Source: Opitutia bacterium (GTDB lineage: Bacteria; Verrucomicrobiota; Verrucomicrobiia; Opitutales; T3Sed10-336). Taken from it: 55,471 nucleotides of DNA. Location: NCBI GenBank assembly GCA_050506795.1, contig JBJHCF010000036.1, positions 1-55,471 on the forward strand. The letters run 5' to 3'. Under the pieces are notes generated by a model that saw nothing but the letters and a program-made list of their open reading frames with translations, searched no databases and was not told where the DNA came from. Both the position numbers and the translations under genes were made by a program. Shown here in pieces: positions 13,134-24,391 of this stretch (positions within the stretch are counted from its first letter, which is position 1; each line of letters opens with the position of its first letter).

Positions 13134-14144
13134 TCAACGCTGAATCCGGGACTCCGCCTCGGAATTCGCATCGTCCAGGACCGGGAAAAACATAAACGCC
13201 TCGTAAAGCGCCCGGGCGATTTCTCCGGTGCGGGCACGCAGATCGGTGAGGTACTCGTGCAGGCCCGCTTCAAAAATATCGTCCACTGTGCTGTACTTCA
13301 GTTCGTAAAGGAGACGTCCGGCCAGTTTTCCCGCCCGGTTGGAAAAACGCCCCTCCGAAACCCCGGAAATGGTCCGGATCCCCGCATCGAGTTCGCGCAG
13401 GCAGAAGAGGATCGAGCGGGGAAACTCTTCGGACAGAATCAGGAAATCGGCGACATGCCAGGGCTGCACATCGGCGCCGTGGATGTGATGGTAGGCCTCG
13501 AATCCGCTGCACGAACGCAGGATCGCCATCCACTGCAGGGCGTCGATCGCGCCGCCCACATCGCGCGTGCTGGGAAGCAGGATGTGGTACTTGATGTCGA
13601 CGAGGATATTGGTCTGGATGGCGCGTTCCAGCAACCGCCCCGCCTGAAGAAACTCCCAGGCCTCGTCCCGCACCACGGTGGCGTCGGCGAGCCCGTGGAG
13701 CAAATGGGAGCTCTGCTTTATCTCCCGGTAGAAATCGTAGGGATCGGAAGCCCAAACCCGCTTGGCGTCGAGCGAGCGGACATAGTGGTACAAGCGGTTG
13801 ATCTCCTCCCAGATCTCGGTGGAAAGTTTGTCCCGCACCACCCGCGCGTTCTCGCGCGCGTTAACAATTGAAGAAAGAATCGAGCCCGGGTTTTCGGTGT
13901 TAAAGGTAAGAAAGTCCGTTACGTTCTCGCTGTCGGCCTGACCGTAAAGCCGATCGAACAATTCGGAATCGCCGGTGCTGCGAATCAACGGATCCCAGTG
14001 GGCCGTGATGCGGTGATCATCAAGGCGCTCCAGGTCGAGAAGGAGTTGCAGATTGACGTCCACCATGCGCGCGGTGTTCTCCGCCCGTTCGATGTAACGG
14101 CCAAACCAATACATGCAGTCGGCAACGCGTGAAAGTAGAATCAT
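13134..14144 (-). CDS. Alpha-E domain protein (DUF403)
   Basis: LLSRVADCMYWFGRYIERAEN, ARENAR, GRLLERA, FPRSI. Confidence 0.92.
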   Translation of the reverse strand: MILLSRVADCMYWFGRYIERAENTARMVDVNLQLLLDLERLDDHRITAHWDPLIRSTGDSELFDRLYGQADSENVTDFLTFNTENPGSILSSIVNARENARVVRDKLSTEIWEEINRLYHYVRSLDAKRVWASDPYDFYREIKQSSHLLHGLADATVVRDEAWEFLQAGRLLERAIQTNILVDIKYHILLPSTRDVGGAIDALQWMAILRSCSGFEAYHHIHGADVQPWHVADFLILSEEFPRSILFCLRELDAGIRTISGVSEGRFSNRAGKLAGRLLYELKYSTVDDIFEAGLHEYLTDLRARTGEIARALYEAFMFFPVLDDANSEAESRIQR

Positions 14145-14211
14145 GGAGAAGGTCGGCTTGTTATCGGTTGTTGATTATCGTTCATTTCGCCCGGGCGCGC
14201 CCGGGCGTACG

Positions 14212-15651
14212 TTATTCATCCTCGTACAGGACCCAGGTGTCCTTGCTTCCTCCGCCCTGCGAGGAATTGACCACCAGCGAACCCTTGCGCAGGGCCACCC
14301 GGGTCAGGCCGCCGGGAATAATGCTCACCTTCTCGCCGTAGAGGATGTACGGACGAAAATCGATATGACGCCCCTCGAATCCGGACTCGCACCAGGTCGG
14401 ATGCCGGGAGAGGGAGATGGTGGGCTGCGCGATGAAGTTGCGCGGATTGGCTTTGACCAGGCCGCGAAACTTCTCCACCTCGGCACGTGGCGCCTTGGGT
14501 CCCACCAGCATGCCGTAACCGCCGGATTCGTTGGCCGCCTTGACCACCAATTCCGGCAGGTGCTCCATGATGTAGGCCATGTCCTTTTTCTCCGAGGCAA
14601 GGTAGGTGGGCACGTTGGGGATAATGGGATCCTGGTCCAGGTAGTACTTGATCATGCGCGGCACGAAGTAATACATGACCTTGTCGTCCGCCACCCCGGT
14701 CCCGATACTGTTGGCCAGGGTCACGTTCCCGGCGCGCACCGCCTCGATCAAGCCGGGAACGCCGAGCAGGGAATCCTTGCGAAACACGGTGGGGTCCAGA
14801 AAATCGTCATCCACCCGTCGATACAGCACATGGACCTGGCGAAATCCCTTGGTGGTTTTCATATACACCTTGCGATCGCGCACCATCAGGTCGCGGCCCT
14901 CCACCACCTCGATCCCCATTTGCTGGGCCAGAAAGCAGTGTTCGAAGTAGGCGCTGTTATAGATACCGGGTGTGAGCACCGCGCACACCGGCTGCTCCCC
15001 GTGACCTGGCGCCACGTAACGCAGGGTTTTCAAAAGCTCATTCGGGTAGGTCGCCACCGGCCGGACGCTGGCCCGGGTGAACAGATTGGGGAAAGCCCGT
15101 TTCATGGCGATCCGGTTTTCCAGCACGTAGGAAACTCCGGAAGGTGTCCTGCCATTGTCCTCCAGGACCAGGTAACGGCCTTGATCGTCACGAATCAGGT
15201 CGGTCCCGCAAACATGGATGTAAATGTCGCGAGGCACCTTAATGCCGGAGAATTCCGGTCGAAAGTGACTGGCGGAGAGCACGTAGCTTTCGGGAATGAC
15301 GCCATCCTTGAGGATCTTCCGGTCGTGGTAAATGTCCTTCAGAAACAGATTCAGCGCCGTAATCCGCTGTTCGAGCCCCTTTTCCAGGTAGGCCCACTCG
15401 CTCTGGGGAATGATGCGCGGCACGAGGTCGAAGGGAAAAATCCGCTCCGTCCCCTGGTCGTCCCCGTACACGGTGAAGGTCACGCCCTGACGCCACAGCG
15501 AAAGGTCTACCGCCTGCCGTTTATGATCGAACTCCGCCTCGGAAAGCTGACTGAAACGCTCGTAGAGCTGGCGGTAATGGGGACGGACCTCGCCATCCGC
15601 GGAAAACATTTCGTCGAAAAAACCTTCCGTCTGATAGTTCTGGAAAAGCAT
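14212..15651 (-). CDS. Circularly permuted type 2 ATP-grasp protein (DUF404/407)
   Basis: [40 protein letters not shown]; start at ATG 15651. Confidence 0.94.
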   Translation of the reverse strand: MLFQNYQTEGFFDEMFSADGEVRPHYRQLYERFSQLSEAEFDHKRQAVDLSLWRQGVTFTVYGDDQGTERIFPFDLVPRIIPQSEWAYLEKGLEQRITALNLFLKDIYHDRKILKDGVIPESYVLSASHFRPEFSGIKVPRDIYIHVCGTDLIRDDQGRYLVLEDNGRTPSGVSYVLENRIAMKRAFPNLFTRASVRPVATYPNELLKTLRYVAPGHGEQPVCAVLTPGIYNSAYFEHCFLAQQMGIEVVEGRDLMVRDRKVYMKTTKGFRQVHVLYRRVDDDFLDPTVFRKDSLLGVPGLIEAVRAGNVTLANSIGTGVADDKVMYYFVPRMIKYYLDQDPIIPNVPTYLASEKKDMAYIMEHLPELVVKAANESGGYGMLVGPKAPRAEVEKFRGLVKANPRNFIAQPTISLSRHPTWCESGFEGRHIDFRPYILYGEKVSIIPGGLTRVALRKGSLVVNSSQGGGSKDTWVLYEDE

Positions 15652-15818
15652 AATGACCTCGCCGATTACTCGCGACAACGTTGTGAACGTCGCGCTTCCG
15701 AATCTCAGCGCAGTGATTATTTCAACCCGATGCGAAAGTACGTCAACACCAAGCGGTTTTTTATCCTTGAAGACGACAGGTGTGATCGAACATCGTGTCG
15801 GCTTCCCGAGCGAAGCGA

Positions 15819-17114
15819 ATGACAGAACGGAAATCCTTAAATGTCCTTGTAGTCGGCGGTGGCGGGCGCGAACACGCGCTGGTCCAAGCCTGCGGCGCCA
15901 GCCCGCTCCGCGGCAAACTGATCGCCGCTCCCGGCAATCCGGGCATCGCCCGTGAAGCCGCCTGCTTTCCCGTCGCGGTGGACGACATTCCCGGCATGGT
16001 CCAACTGGCCCGCAGCGAGAGCATCGACCTGGCGGTAGTGGGTCCCGAAGTTCCGCTGACGCTCGGTCTGGCCGACGCGCTGCGAGCGGAGGGTATCCTG
16101 GTTTACGGGCCGGGCCGCGACGCCGCGCGCCTTGAAGGCAGCAAGATCTTCACCAAGAACCTGCTGCAGAAATACCGCATTCCCACTGCGGCCTCCGAAA
16201 CCTTTACCAACGCGGCCGCCGCCCGCCAATATGTTTCCCGGCGCAACCTTTACCCGGTAGTGATCAAGGCGGATGGACTGGCCGCGGGCAAAGGAGTGAT
16301 CATCGCCGCGAATTTCCAGGAAGCCGACCGGGCCATCACCGATTGCCTGGAGCACGGCGCTTTCGGAGAAGGCGGGCGATCCATTCTCATCGAGGACCAC
16401 CTGGACGGGGAGGAGGCCTCGCTTCACCTCATGGTCGCGGGGAAGGCGTTCGTGGTCCTTCCGACCAGCCAGGATCACAAACGGGCGGGCGAGAACGACA
16501 CCGGCCCCAACACCGGAGGAATGGGCGCCTATTCTCCGGCCAGCCTCCTCGAAGGCGACGCCCTGCAGGAGGTGATCGAACGGATCGCCCGGCCATCGGT
16601 GAATGCGATCGCGGCGGAGGGGCTCGATTTCCGCGGCACGCTGTACATCGGACTAATGATGACCGGCACCGGACCCCAGGTGCTCGAATTCAACGTCCGC
16701 TTCGGCGATCCGGAAACCCAGGTGATCCTTCCCCGCCTGGCGAGCGATCCCCTCGCCCTGATGCACGACTGCGCCCGGGGCGATCTCACCCGGGCCGAGG
16801 TCAAACTCCGGCCCGAAAGCGCGCTCTGCGTGGTGCTGGCGGCGGGCGGGTATCCCGGGGCCTACCGTAAAGGGGATCCGATCGAGATGCCGGAGGTCCG
16901 CGAGAAAGACGCCTACATTTTCCAGGCCGGCACGGCGAAAGACGCCGCCGGCCGGACCGTCACCGCCGGAGGACGAGTCCTCGGCGTCACCTGCCTGGGA
17001 AAAGACCTGGCAAAAGCCGCCGCCGCCGCCTACGCACTTTGTGATGAAATCCGTTTCGAAGGCATGCATTTCCGCCGGGATATCGGAGCCAGGGAACTTC
17101 ACCGGAAAAACTGA
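15819..17114 (+). CDS. purD: Phosphoribosylamine--glycine ligase
   Basis: [36 protein letters not shown]. Confidence 0.97.
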   Translation: MTERKSLNVLVVGGGGREHALVQACGASPLRGKLIAAPGNPGIAREAACFPVAVDDIPGMVQLARSESIDLAVVGPEVPLTLGLADALRAEGILVYGPGRDAARLEGSKIFTKNLLQKYRIPTAASETFTNAAAARQYVSRRNLYPVVIKADGLAAGKGVIIAANFQEADRAITDCLEHGAFGEGGRSILIEDHLDGEEASLHLMVAGKAFVVLPTSQDHKRAGENDTGPNTGGMGAYSPASLLEGDALQEVIERIARPSVNAIAAEGLDFRGTLYIGLMMTGTGPQVLEFNVRFGDPETQVILPRLASDPLALMHDCARGDLTRAEVKLRPESALCVVLAAGGYPGAYRKGDPIEMPEVREKDAYIFQAGTAKDAAGRTVTAGGRVLGVTCLGKDLAKAAAAAYALCDEIRFEGMHFRRDIGARELHRKN

Positions 17115-17160
17115 TCCCAAGCTTTGCGCCTGGTCCCGAAAAGGGTTTAGCCTACGCCAT

Positions 17161-18174
17161 ATGAACAAATCCGCCAGACGCCTTATTCCGCTTTATCTGA
17201 GCGTGGTCCTGTTCGCTCCCATGCCTCTGACCGGGGAGGATGAGGTCCGTGTATCCAGCCTGCTGGAGTTCTGGGGGGATGCGACGGTATTTTCACCGCG
17301 CTTTTTCCCCGAGACCGAAGACCTCAGTATCGAAGACATCTTCGTGGCCGGCCTGGAAGCACACTTTCCCCATCGGATATCCCGCGAGGAGCCCGGCGTT
17401 TCTCCCGGCCCCGAGGAACCGCCCCGGATCGAATCCCTGCTGCCGGGCGTGACCTACCTCCGGGTCCGTCACCTCGAGGCCGCTCTCCCGGCAATACGCG
17501 AAGCGATCACCGGGAACAGCCTGGTCCTGGACCTGCGTTTCGTCGAAGCCGAACACGAACCCGTCCTGGAACTCGGCGCCGTTTTGGCCATCAACGAAAC
17601 GGTGAAGATTTCCATCAGCGAAAAAGGGGCCGGCAACGAATCCTCCGGCGACCAGGAAATCCTCATCGAGACCGCCGGTCTGCGCCGCCCCCTGCAACCG
17701 GTGTTTGTCCTCACCAACCAGGCTACCGCCGGGCCGATTGAAGCCCTGCTGGCCGAGCTCAAGAACAAGGGGCAGATCATTTCCATCGGGACGCGCACCG
17801 CCGGCCGTACGGGCCGGTTCCGGCACGTCGATACCACTCCATCGCTTTACGTCCTGAGCGGAGAATGGCGTCCCGCTTCCGGAGAATCGCTCCTGAACAA
17901 CGGCTTCACCCCGTCGGTTCTGATGAACGTTCCGGCGGAGGAGGACCGAAGAGCCTACCAGGCCTGGAGGGGTGGAGTGTCGCTGCGCTCTTTGGTGGCG
18001 GCGGATCCCGCGAACAACGACCGGGATCCCTCGGTCGACCTCCACCAACTGCTCACGAACGACATCCCGGAAGCCCCCGCGGATATGACAGTCGATCCGA
18101 TCCTTCAGCGGGCCTTTTTTATCGTCACCGCCCTGCGGTCCATGGGAAAGATCGCCGATCCCTCCGAAAGCTGA
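17161..18174 (+). CDS. Exported S41 (tail-specific protease)-like protein, probably inactive
   Basis: Signal peptide; YLRV, LVLDLRF, VFVLTNxxTAGPIE, IGTRTAG, GFTPSV and DPILQRA in S41 order. Confidence 0.65.
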   Translation: MNKSARRLIPLYLSVVLFAPMPLTGEDEVRVSSLLEFWGDATVFSPRFFPETEDLSIEDIFVAGLEAHFPHRISREEPGVSPGPEEPPRIESLLPGVTYLRVRHLEAALPAIREAITGNSLVLDLRFVEAEHEPVLELGAVLAINETVKISISEKGAGNESSGDQEILIETAGLRRPLQPVFVLTNQATAGPIEALLAELKNKGQIISIGTRTAGRTGRFRHVDTTPSLYVLSGEWRPASGESLLNNGFTPSVLMNVPAEEDRRAYQAWRGGVSLRSLVAADPANNDRDPSVDLHQLLTNDIPEAPADMTVDPILQRAFFIVTALRSMGKIADPSES

Positions 18175-18179
18175 TTTGC

Positions 18180-18659
18180 ATGTCCGGTTCCCCCAAAAAC
18201 ATCCTTTTTATCTGCACCGCGAACATCTGCCGCAGTCCCATGGCGGAACGCCTGATGCGCCACGCCCTCGGCCGGGAGCAGGATCCGATCGGATCCCTCG
18301 ACGTCAGTTCGGCGGGAGTTGCCGCCTATCCGGGTGATCCCGCCTCGGAGAACGCGGTGCGAGCGCTGAGAAAAGTCGGCATTTCACTTGATGACCACCG
18401 GAGCCAACCGGTGACGGCCGAAGTGCTCGCTTCCTCGCTGGCGGTGTTCTGCATGACGGAAAGCCATCGGCAATTGCTGAACGCCCGCTTTTCCCTGGTT
18501 CCAGAGCACATCCACCTGATGCGCGAATTCCTGCCGGCGGAAGCCGGACGCGAAATCCCCGATCCCTTCGGCGCCGACCTCGCCTCCTACGAAGCCTGCC
18601 GCGACAGCATGGTGGAAGCCATCCCCTCCATCATCAGCTTCCTTAAATCGATCCGATAA
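18180..18659 (+). CDS. Low-molecular-weight protein Tyr/Arg phosphatase
   Basis: [16 protein letters not shown] (CX5R) and IPDPF. Confidence 0.92.
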   Translation: MSGSPKNILFICTANICRSPMAERLMRHALGREQDPIGSLDVSSAGVAAYPGDPASENAVRALRKVGISLDDHRSQPVTAEVLASSLAVFCMTESHRQLLNARFSLVPEHIHLMREFLPAEAGREIPDPFGADLASYEACRDSMVEAIPSIISFLKSIR

Positions 18660-18744
18660 CAACAACAGCGGGCTGCCACCGGCGGCTGGTAGAAAATCCC
18701 TTTACCTCGCGACCATTTTCCCGGAAACTGTCTCTTTTAATATT

Positions 18745-20016
18745 ATGACAGTAGCCGAAACCAACACACTCTCACCGGCCGGGCTGGCCGAATTGGATCC
18801 CGATATCTTCGCGGCAATCGAAGCGGAGCGTCAGCGCCAGCAGAACCATATCGAGTTGATCGCCTCGGAGAATTTCACCCTGCCGGCGGTCATGCAGGCC
18901 CAGGGCAGCGTCCTGACCAACAAGTACGCCGAGGGGTATCCCGGCAAACGCTGGTACGGCGGCTGCGACCATGTCGACGTCGTCGAACAGTTGGCCATTG
19001 ATCGCGCCAAAGTCCTTTTCGGCGCCGAGCACGCCAACGTACAACCGCATTCCGGCAGCCAGGCAAACACCGCGGTCTATCTCGCGGTGCTCAAACCCGG
19101 CGACAAGATCCTGACCATGAACCTCAGTCATGGCGGACACCTCACGCACGGGCACCCCATGAATTTCAGCGGAAAGCTTTTCGACGTCGTCAACTACGGC
19201 GTCAGCCAGCAGGACGAGCGGATCGATTACGACGAAATCGCGGAAACCGCGGCCCGGGAAAAACCCGCCATGATCACGGTGGGCGCTTCCGCCTACTCGC
19301 GGATCATCGATTTTGAGCGGATGGGGAAAATCGCCCGCGATTGCGGCGCCCTGCTCCTGGCCGACATCGCCCACATCGCCGGCCTGGTCGCGGCTGGAAT
19401 TCATCCGTCGCCCGTGCCGCACGCCGACTTCACCACCACCACCACCCACAAGACCCTGCGCGGTCCCCGAGGCGGTTTGATTCTCTGCTCGAAGGAACAT
19501 GCGAAAGCCATTGATTCCTCGGTCTTTCCAGGGGTTCAGGGAGGGCCGTTGATGCACGTGATCGCCGCCAAAGCGGTTTGTTTCAGCGAAGCCGCCAAAC
19601 CGGGATTCAAGGCCTACCAGCGCCAGGTCGTGAACAACGCCGCTGCCCTGGCGACGCAGATGGTCTCCCGCGGCTTCCGCGTGGTGAGCGGAGGCACGGA
19701 CAACCACCTGATGATGATCGACCTGCGCGACAAGGACGCCGAACTGACCGGCAAAAAGGCGCAGGAAACCCTCGACCGGGCTCACATCACCTGCAACAAG
19801 AACACCATTCCCTTCGAAACGCGCAGCCCCTTCCAGGCCAGCGGCATTCGGCTGGGCACCCCGGCGGTCACCTCGCGCGGCATGCGGGAAAGCGAAATGG
19901 AGGAAATCGCAGGTGCGATCGATCTCGCTCTCGGTCAACCGGATAACGAATCGACCATCACTGAGGCCAGGGAAAAGGTGCTCGCCCTTTGCGGCCGTTT
20001 TCCCCTTCCTTACTGA
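18745..20016 (+). CDS. glyA: Serine hydroxymethyltransferase
   Basis: [28 protein letters not shown]. Confidence 0.98.
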   Translation: MTVAETNTLSPAGLAELDPDIFAAIEAERQRQQNHIELIASENFTLPAVMQAQGSVLTNKYAEGYPGKRWYGGCDHVDVVEQLAIDRAKVLFGAEHANVQPHSGSQANTAVYLAVLKPGDKILTMNLSHGGHLTHGHPMNFSGKLFDVVNYGVSQQDERIDYDEIAETAAREKPAMITVGASAYSRIIDFERMGKIARDCGALLLADIAHIAGLVAAGIHPSPVPHADFTTTTTHKTLRGPRGGLILCSKEHAKAIDSSVFPGVQGGPLMHVIAAKAVCFSEAAKPGFKAYQRQVVNNAAALATQMVSRGFRVVSGGTDNHLMMIDLRDKDAELTGKKAQETLDRAHITCNKNTIPFETRSPFQASGIRLGTPAVTSRGMRESEMEEIAGAIDLALGQPDNESTITEAREKVLALCGRFPLPY

Positions 20017-20244
20017 TTTTTAACTTGCGCCCACCGGCGGAAACGACAAGTTAATGGGGTTTGCAAACGGGTGCCTTGAACACCGGCCAGAAAATTTTCA
20101 CAACAAGAAGATCTTCTGACCGTGAAAAAAAGTGTTTTTTGGTTATACTTATCCCGTAAGTGAATTGAATCCTCATTAAATTACTCACTGAACACAACAA
20201 GCAACACTCACGCTAGAACCATCAAACTCAATCCTAAACCTTAC

Positions 20245-20982
20245 ATGAAAACGCACCTCAAGAAGGGTTTCACCCTCATCGAGCTCCTTACCGTTATCGC
20301 GATTATTGGCATTCTTGCCTCTATCCTTATTCCGACCGTCTCCAAGGTCCGCGAAACGGCCCGGCGCACCATTGACAGCAGCAACCTTCGCCAGGTCGGT
20401 CAGGCGCAGTTGATTTACGCCAACGACCACAACGACCAGCTTCCGGGCCGCGTCAACGTGCGTTACGCCGGAGCCGGAGCCGGAGCCGGAGTTCCCATTT
20501 CCAACGTCAACCTTTTCGCCGCGCAGCTCGCGCTGACCTCCGGCCTGAACGACACATCCATTTGGCAGTCGGCCAGCGATGGCGGCATCAACGCCGTCAG
20601 CGGCACCGTCCTTCGCCCGGATCGCACCGGAATGAATTCCGAGTTTGAAAACGTCGCGGTGAGCTTCGTGGTTCCCGGCGGCCTGGTGATGGGCGATCCC
20701 TCCCACACCCCCATCGGTTGGACCCGCGGAATCAACAATTCCGGTCAGTGGCAGCCGCAGAGCGTCTACGGCGGTGACGGCGGACACCTCGTTTTCATGG
20801 GCGGCAACGTACAGTGGAAGCGGAACCTGCTGCAGGAAAACGGTCTGCAGGACGTCCACAACCTCGGCGCTACCGCGCCGACTCCGGACATCCGTCTGGC
20901 CCTTCCCAACCGCGGCTCCGTCCGCGTCTGGGGCCGTGGCCCGGACCACAGCAACCTGGGAGTGCCCGAAGGCACGATCTAA
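20245..20982 (+). CDS. Prepilin-type N-terminal cleavage/methylation protein (PVC pseudopilin)
   Basis: KKG|FTLIELLTVIAIIGILASILIP class III signal; C-terminal GHLVFMGGNV resembles the H-X9-DG motif. Confidence 0.9.
   Translation: MKTHLKKGFTLIELLTVIAIIGILASILIPTVSKVRETARRTIDSSNLRQVGQAQLIYANDHNDQLPGRVNVRYAGAGAGAGVPISNVNLFAAQLALTSGLNDTSIWQSASDGGINAVSGTVLRPDRTGMNSEFENVAVSFVVPGGLVMGDPSHTPIGWTRGINNSGQWQPQSVYGGDGGHLVFMGGNVQWKRNLLQENGLQDVHNLGATAPTPDIRLALPNRGSVRVWGRGPDHSNLGVPEGTI
20467..20490 (+). repeat. (GCCGGA)x4 in-frame tandem repeat encoding (Ala-Gly)4
   Basis: Read directly from the sequence. Confidence 0.9.
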
Positions 20983-21007
20983 GTTGATCGGTTTATAGCT
21001 TTAAAGC

Positions 21008-21049
21008 ACACAAAAGGGCCGGGGATTCGATTTCCCGGCCTTTTTGTGT
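21008..21049 (+). terminator. Rho-independent terminator
   Basis: AAAAGGGCCGGGGA-loop-TTTCCCGGCCTTTTT after the pilin gene. Confidence 0.85.
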
Positions 21050-21104
21050 TTATAACCCGCGGTTCTCGCGGCTATTCATTGCAGGCAGAGAACCGTCAAA
21101 CGAT

Positions 21105-22820
21105 ATGTCGTCCGAGAGCACCGCAACAAACCAGGCCGCATCGCCCACCTACATTATGGGGCACCGCAATCCCGACGCCGATTCGATCTGCGCCGCCATC
21201 GCTTACGCCGACTTCAAGGGCCAAAACGGCGACAGCAGCTGCACTCCCGCCCGCTGCGGCAACTCCAACGCCCGGATCGACACCATCCTCGAGCGATTCC
21301 AGGTGCCGCTGCCGGCGTTTATAGGCGATGTGACGCCGCGGGTTCGGGACATTATGGTGCGCGACATCATCAAAATCGATCGCAACGCCACCTGCGCCAA
21401 GGCACTGGAACTAATCGACACCCACGACGTACGCATCCTGCCGGTGGTCGGCGACCAGGACCGGCTCGAGGGCACGTTGTCGATCTTCCGGCTCGGTGAG
21501 TTCTTTATTCCCAAGATCCGCGAGCCGAAGGAGATGCGGCGGGTGCGGGCCTCCTCGGTTCGCGCTATTATTGAATCGTTGCATGCCAGTGTCCTGCACT
21601 CGGCGGAGGAAGACCGCGAGGAGGATCTGTTCGTGCGGGTGGGCGCCATGGACATTCGCTCATTCGGACGGTTATCGGAAACCGAAACCATCCCCCCGGA
21701 GAAAAGCGTCATTGTGGTGGGCGACCGGCGCGACATCCAGGAGCATTCGATCCGGATGGGAGTGCGCCTGGTGGCCATCACCGGAGCTCTCGAAGTCGAC
21801 GACGATATCGTGCAGATGGCCCGCGAGAACGGAGTCAATCTGATCGTCAGCCCCTACGATTCGGCCACAACCGCCCTGAGCATACGTTGCGCATCCAACC
21901 TCAATCGCCTGATTGACCGGGAGCCCCCTCGTTTCAGCGTCGACGAAAGTCTGGCCAGCATCCGCAAACGTGTGCTGAACGTCAACGCGGCGGCCTTCAT
22001 GGTCACCGACGACAACGGAACCCTGATCGGCCTCTTCACCAAAACCGACCTGCTCAAGCCGATCCGGACCAAACTGATCCTCGTCGACCACAACGAACTC
22101 ACCCAGGCCGTTCCGGGCGCGGCCGAGGTCAACGTGATCGAGATTGTCGATCACCACCGCCTCGGCAATGTGCACACCCAGCAGCCGATACTCTTTCTCA
22201 ACGAACCCGTCGGATCCACCTGCACCATCGTGGCCGACCTTTACCGCCGCGACGGGCTGTCTCCCAGCCCGCAAATCGCCGGCATTATGATGGGCGGAAT
22301 CATCTCGGACACCCTGAATCTGAACAGTCCGACCACCACCCAAAAGGACCGGGAAATCCTGGATTGGCTGGCCCGGCTGGCCGGCATCGAGAGCGACGCC
22401 CTGGCGGAGATGATTTTCAGTTCCGGATCGGTAATCCTCAGTCACGAACCGGATGAAGTGATTCGAAGCGATTTCAAGATCTACGAGGAAGCGGAGCGTC
22501 GCTTCTCGGTCTCCCAGGTGGAGGAACTCGGGTTCGGAAATTTCTGGGAGAAATCCGATCCGCTGCGCGAAGCCCTGGGCCGATTGCGCAAAAAGGAAAA
22601 CCTCGCCTTCTCCGCCCTTCTGGTCACCGACATCAATACCCAGAACTCCCTGCTGTTGATCCGGGGCGACGCGTCGTTCATTCGCATGATCCCCTATCCG
22701 GCGGTGGAGAAAGGGGAGATTTTCGAACTCCAGGGAGTCGTCAGCCGCAAAAAACAACTCATCCCCTTCCTCGTCGGCCTGCTGCAGAATCTGCCCATTG
22801 AGGAGGAGGAAACGGCCTAA
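21105..22820 (+). CDS. ppaC: Mn-dependent family II pyrophosphatase with CBS-DRTGG insert
   Basis: GHRNPDADS, LVDHNE, IVDHH, GIISDT, SRKKQLIP; CBS pair and GDR motif. Confidence 0.92.
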   Translation: MSSESTATNQAASPTYIMGHRNPDADSICAAIAYADFKGQNGDSSCTPARCGNSNARIDTILERFQVPLPAFIGDVTPRVRDIMVRDIIKIDRNATCAKALELIDTHDVRILPVVGDQDRLEGTLSIFRLGEFFIPKIREPKEMRRVRASSVRAIIESLHASVLHSAEEDREEDLFVRVGAMDIRSFGRLSETETIPPEKSVIVVGDRRDIQEHSIRMGVRLVAITGALEVDDDIVQMARENGVNLIVSPYDSATTALSIRCASNLNRLIDREPPRFSVDESLASIRKRVLNVNAAAFMVTDDNGTLIGLFTKTDLLKPIRTKLILVDHNELTQAVPGAAEVNVIEIVDHHRLGNVHTQQPILFLNEPVGSTCTIVADLYRRDGLSPSPQIAGIMMGGIISDTLNLNSPTTTQKDREILDWLARLAGIESDALAEMIFSSGSVILSHEPDEVIRSDFKIYEEAERRFSVSQVEELGFGNFWEKSDPLREALGRLRKKENLAFSALLVTDINTQNSLLLIRGDASFIRMIPYPAVEKGEIFELQGVVSRKKQLIPFLVGLLQNLPIEEEETA

Positions 22821-22918
22821 CAAATCTCTCGCCACGGTTTGCCTTTTTCTTAAGCCTAACCCCTTTTACGGTTGCCACTTCCGAACCTTGTAATTCGGGG
22901 TGGCAAACGGATTCAACC

Positions 22919-24391
22919 ATGCGGCACTTTCGGATTCATCGTCTTCTGTCTTTTGCGCTTTTCTGGAGCTTTTCCAGCGCGGGAGCCTGGGCGCTGATTC
23001 CAGAGACCAACCTCTGGCCGCTGTTTACCGGGGACGGCCACCGCGACGCCCCGCGTTATCAAAGCTGGCAGGGAGCCGGGCCGTTCCTCTTCGCCCGCGA
23101 CGTGGAGGACAAGCGGGCCTACGGATTCCGTCCCTTCTACGTGGCCTTTCATCAGGAGGAGTACGACCAGCGCAGCTTTCACGTTCTCTATCCCATTTTC
23201 AACTACCGGCGACGTCACCTGGGTTATTCCTGGGACGTGCTCACCCTCCTCCGCTACCACCGCACCGGCGACCCCGGCGACGACCCCCTGGTCAATCTTC
23301 GGCTTTCCCCCCTGCTCTTTTACGGAAGAGGCCCCCAACCCCAGGACTCCTCCTTCGGCATCATGCCACTTTACGGCGATGTGCACACAGTGTTCGGTCA
23401 GGACCGTTTCCAGTGGGTGCTCTTCCCCTTATACGGCCGCGCCGAAAAGGACGGACGCAGCCTGACCATGGCGCCGTGGCCTTTCTTTAAGATTTATCGT
23501 GGAGCGGACGCCGGGGGAGTGGATTTCTGGCCCTTCTATGGGCGGCGTTATATCGAGAACAACTATGAACGTCGCTTTTTCCTGTGGCCTTTGGGTTACC
23601 ACTCTCGACGCGAACTTTGGAAAGAAGAGCCGTTCGTGGCGCACGGCTTCCTGCCTTTCTACGCCCGTTCGCGCTCCGAAAGCGCTGAGAGCGCCAGCTA
23701 TTTCTGGCCATTTTTCGGGTACACCAACAGTTTTGATCCGGAATACCGTGAAAATCGTTACTTCTGGCCGCTGGTCGTGCAGCGCCGGGGCGAGAACCAG
23801 TACACCAACCGGATCGCCCCGTTTTACACCCGCTCAATTCGTCGTTTCCGCGACCGCCAGTGGATCCTGTGGCCCATTTACCGTCACGAAATATCGGTCA
23901 ACCGAAACCTGTTGGATGAGAAAACCCAGATCCTTTATTTCATGTACTGGTCCCTCCGCCAATCCGACCCTTCCCGCCCGGATGCGCAGCCGGCCAGCAA
24001 GACCCACCTCTGGCCCCTTTATAGTCATTGGAACGACGGCGCCGGACGACGCCAGACCCAGATTTTCAGTCCCCTGGAGGTCTTCTTCCAATACAACGAA
24101 ATCGTCCGCACCACCTACAGTCCGCTATTCGCCCTCTATCAGCGCGACATCGACGAATCCGCCGATCGCTCCCGGCACGCCCTGCTCTTCCGGCTGCTGA
24201 CCTGGCAACGCCAGGCCGACGACTACCGGTTCAACCTCGGACCGCTGCTCACCGTGGAGCGGGAGGAAGGCAGGCGGGGATTCAATCTCCTGCGCGGCCT
24301 GGTCGGATACGAACAGGAACGCGGCGCCACACTGTTCTGGCTGGATCTTTTCTCTGAAGACGACGATGATTCCGCCCCGCACCAGGAATGA
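22919..24391 (+). CDS. Exported aromatic-Pro repeat protein of unknown function
   Basis: Signal peptide (AGAWA); ~20 WPLF/WPFY-like motifs; ATGA overlap with mlaE. Confidence 0.8.
   Translation: MRHFRIHRLLSFALFWSFSSAGAWALIPETNLWPLFTGDGHRDAPRYQSWQGAGPFLFARDVEDKRAYGFRPFYVAFHQEEYDQRSFHVLYPIFNYRRRHLGYSWDVLTLLRYHRTGDPGDDPLVNLRLSPLLFYGRGPQPQDSSFGIMPLYGDVHTVFGQDRFQWVLFPLYGRAEKDGRSLTMAPWPFFKIYRGADAGGVDFWPFYGRRYIENNYERRFFLWPLGYHSRRELWKEEPFVAHGFLPFYARSRSESAESASYFWPFFGYTNSFDPEYRENRYFWPLVVQRRGENQYTNRIAPFYTRSIRRFRDRQWILWPIYRHEISVNRNLLDEKTQILYFMYWSLRQSDPSRPDAQPASKTHLWPLYSHWNDGAGRRQTQIFSPLEVFFQYNEIVRTTYSPLFALYQRDIDESADRSRHALLFRLLTWQRQADDYRFNLGPLLTVEREEGRRGFNLLRGLVGYEQERGATLFWLDLFSEDDDDSAPHQE

Noticed and set aside
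20467..20490. GCCGGA repeat as an on/off phase-variation switch
   Set aside because: A 6-bp unit keeps the frame and changes only linker length.
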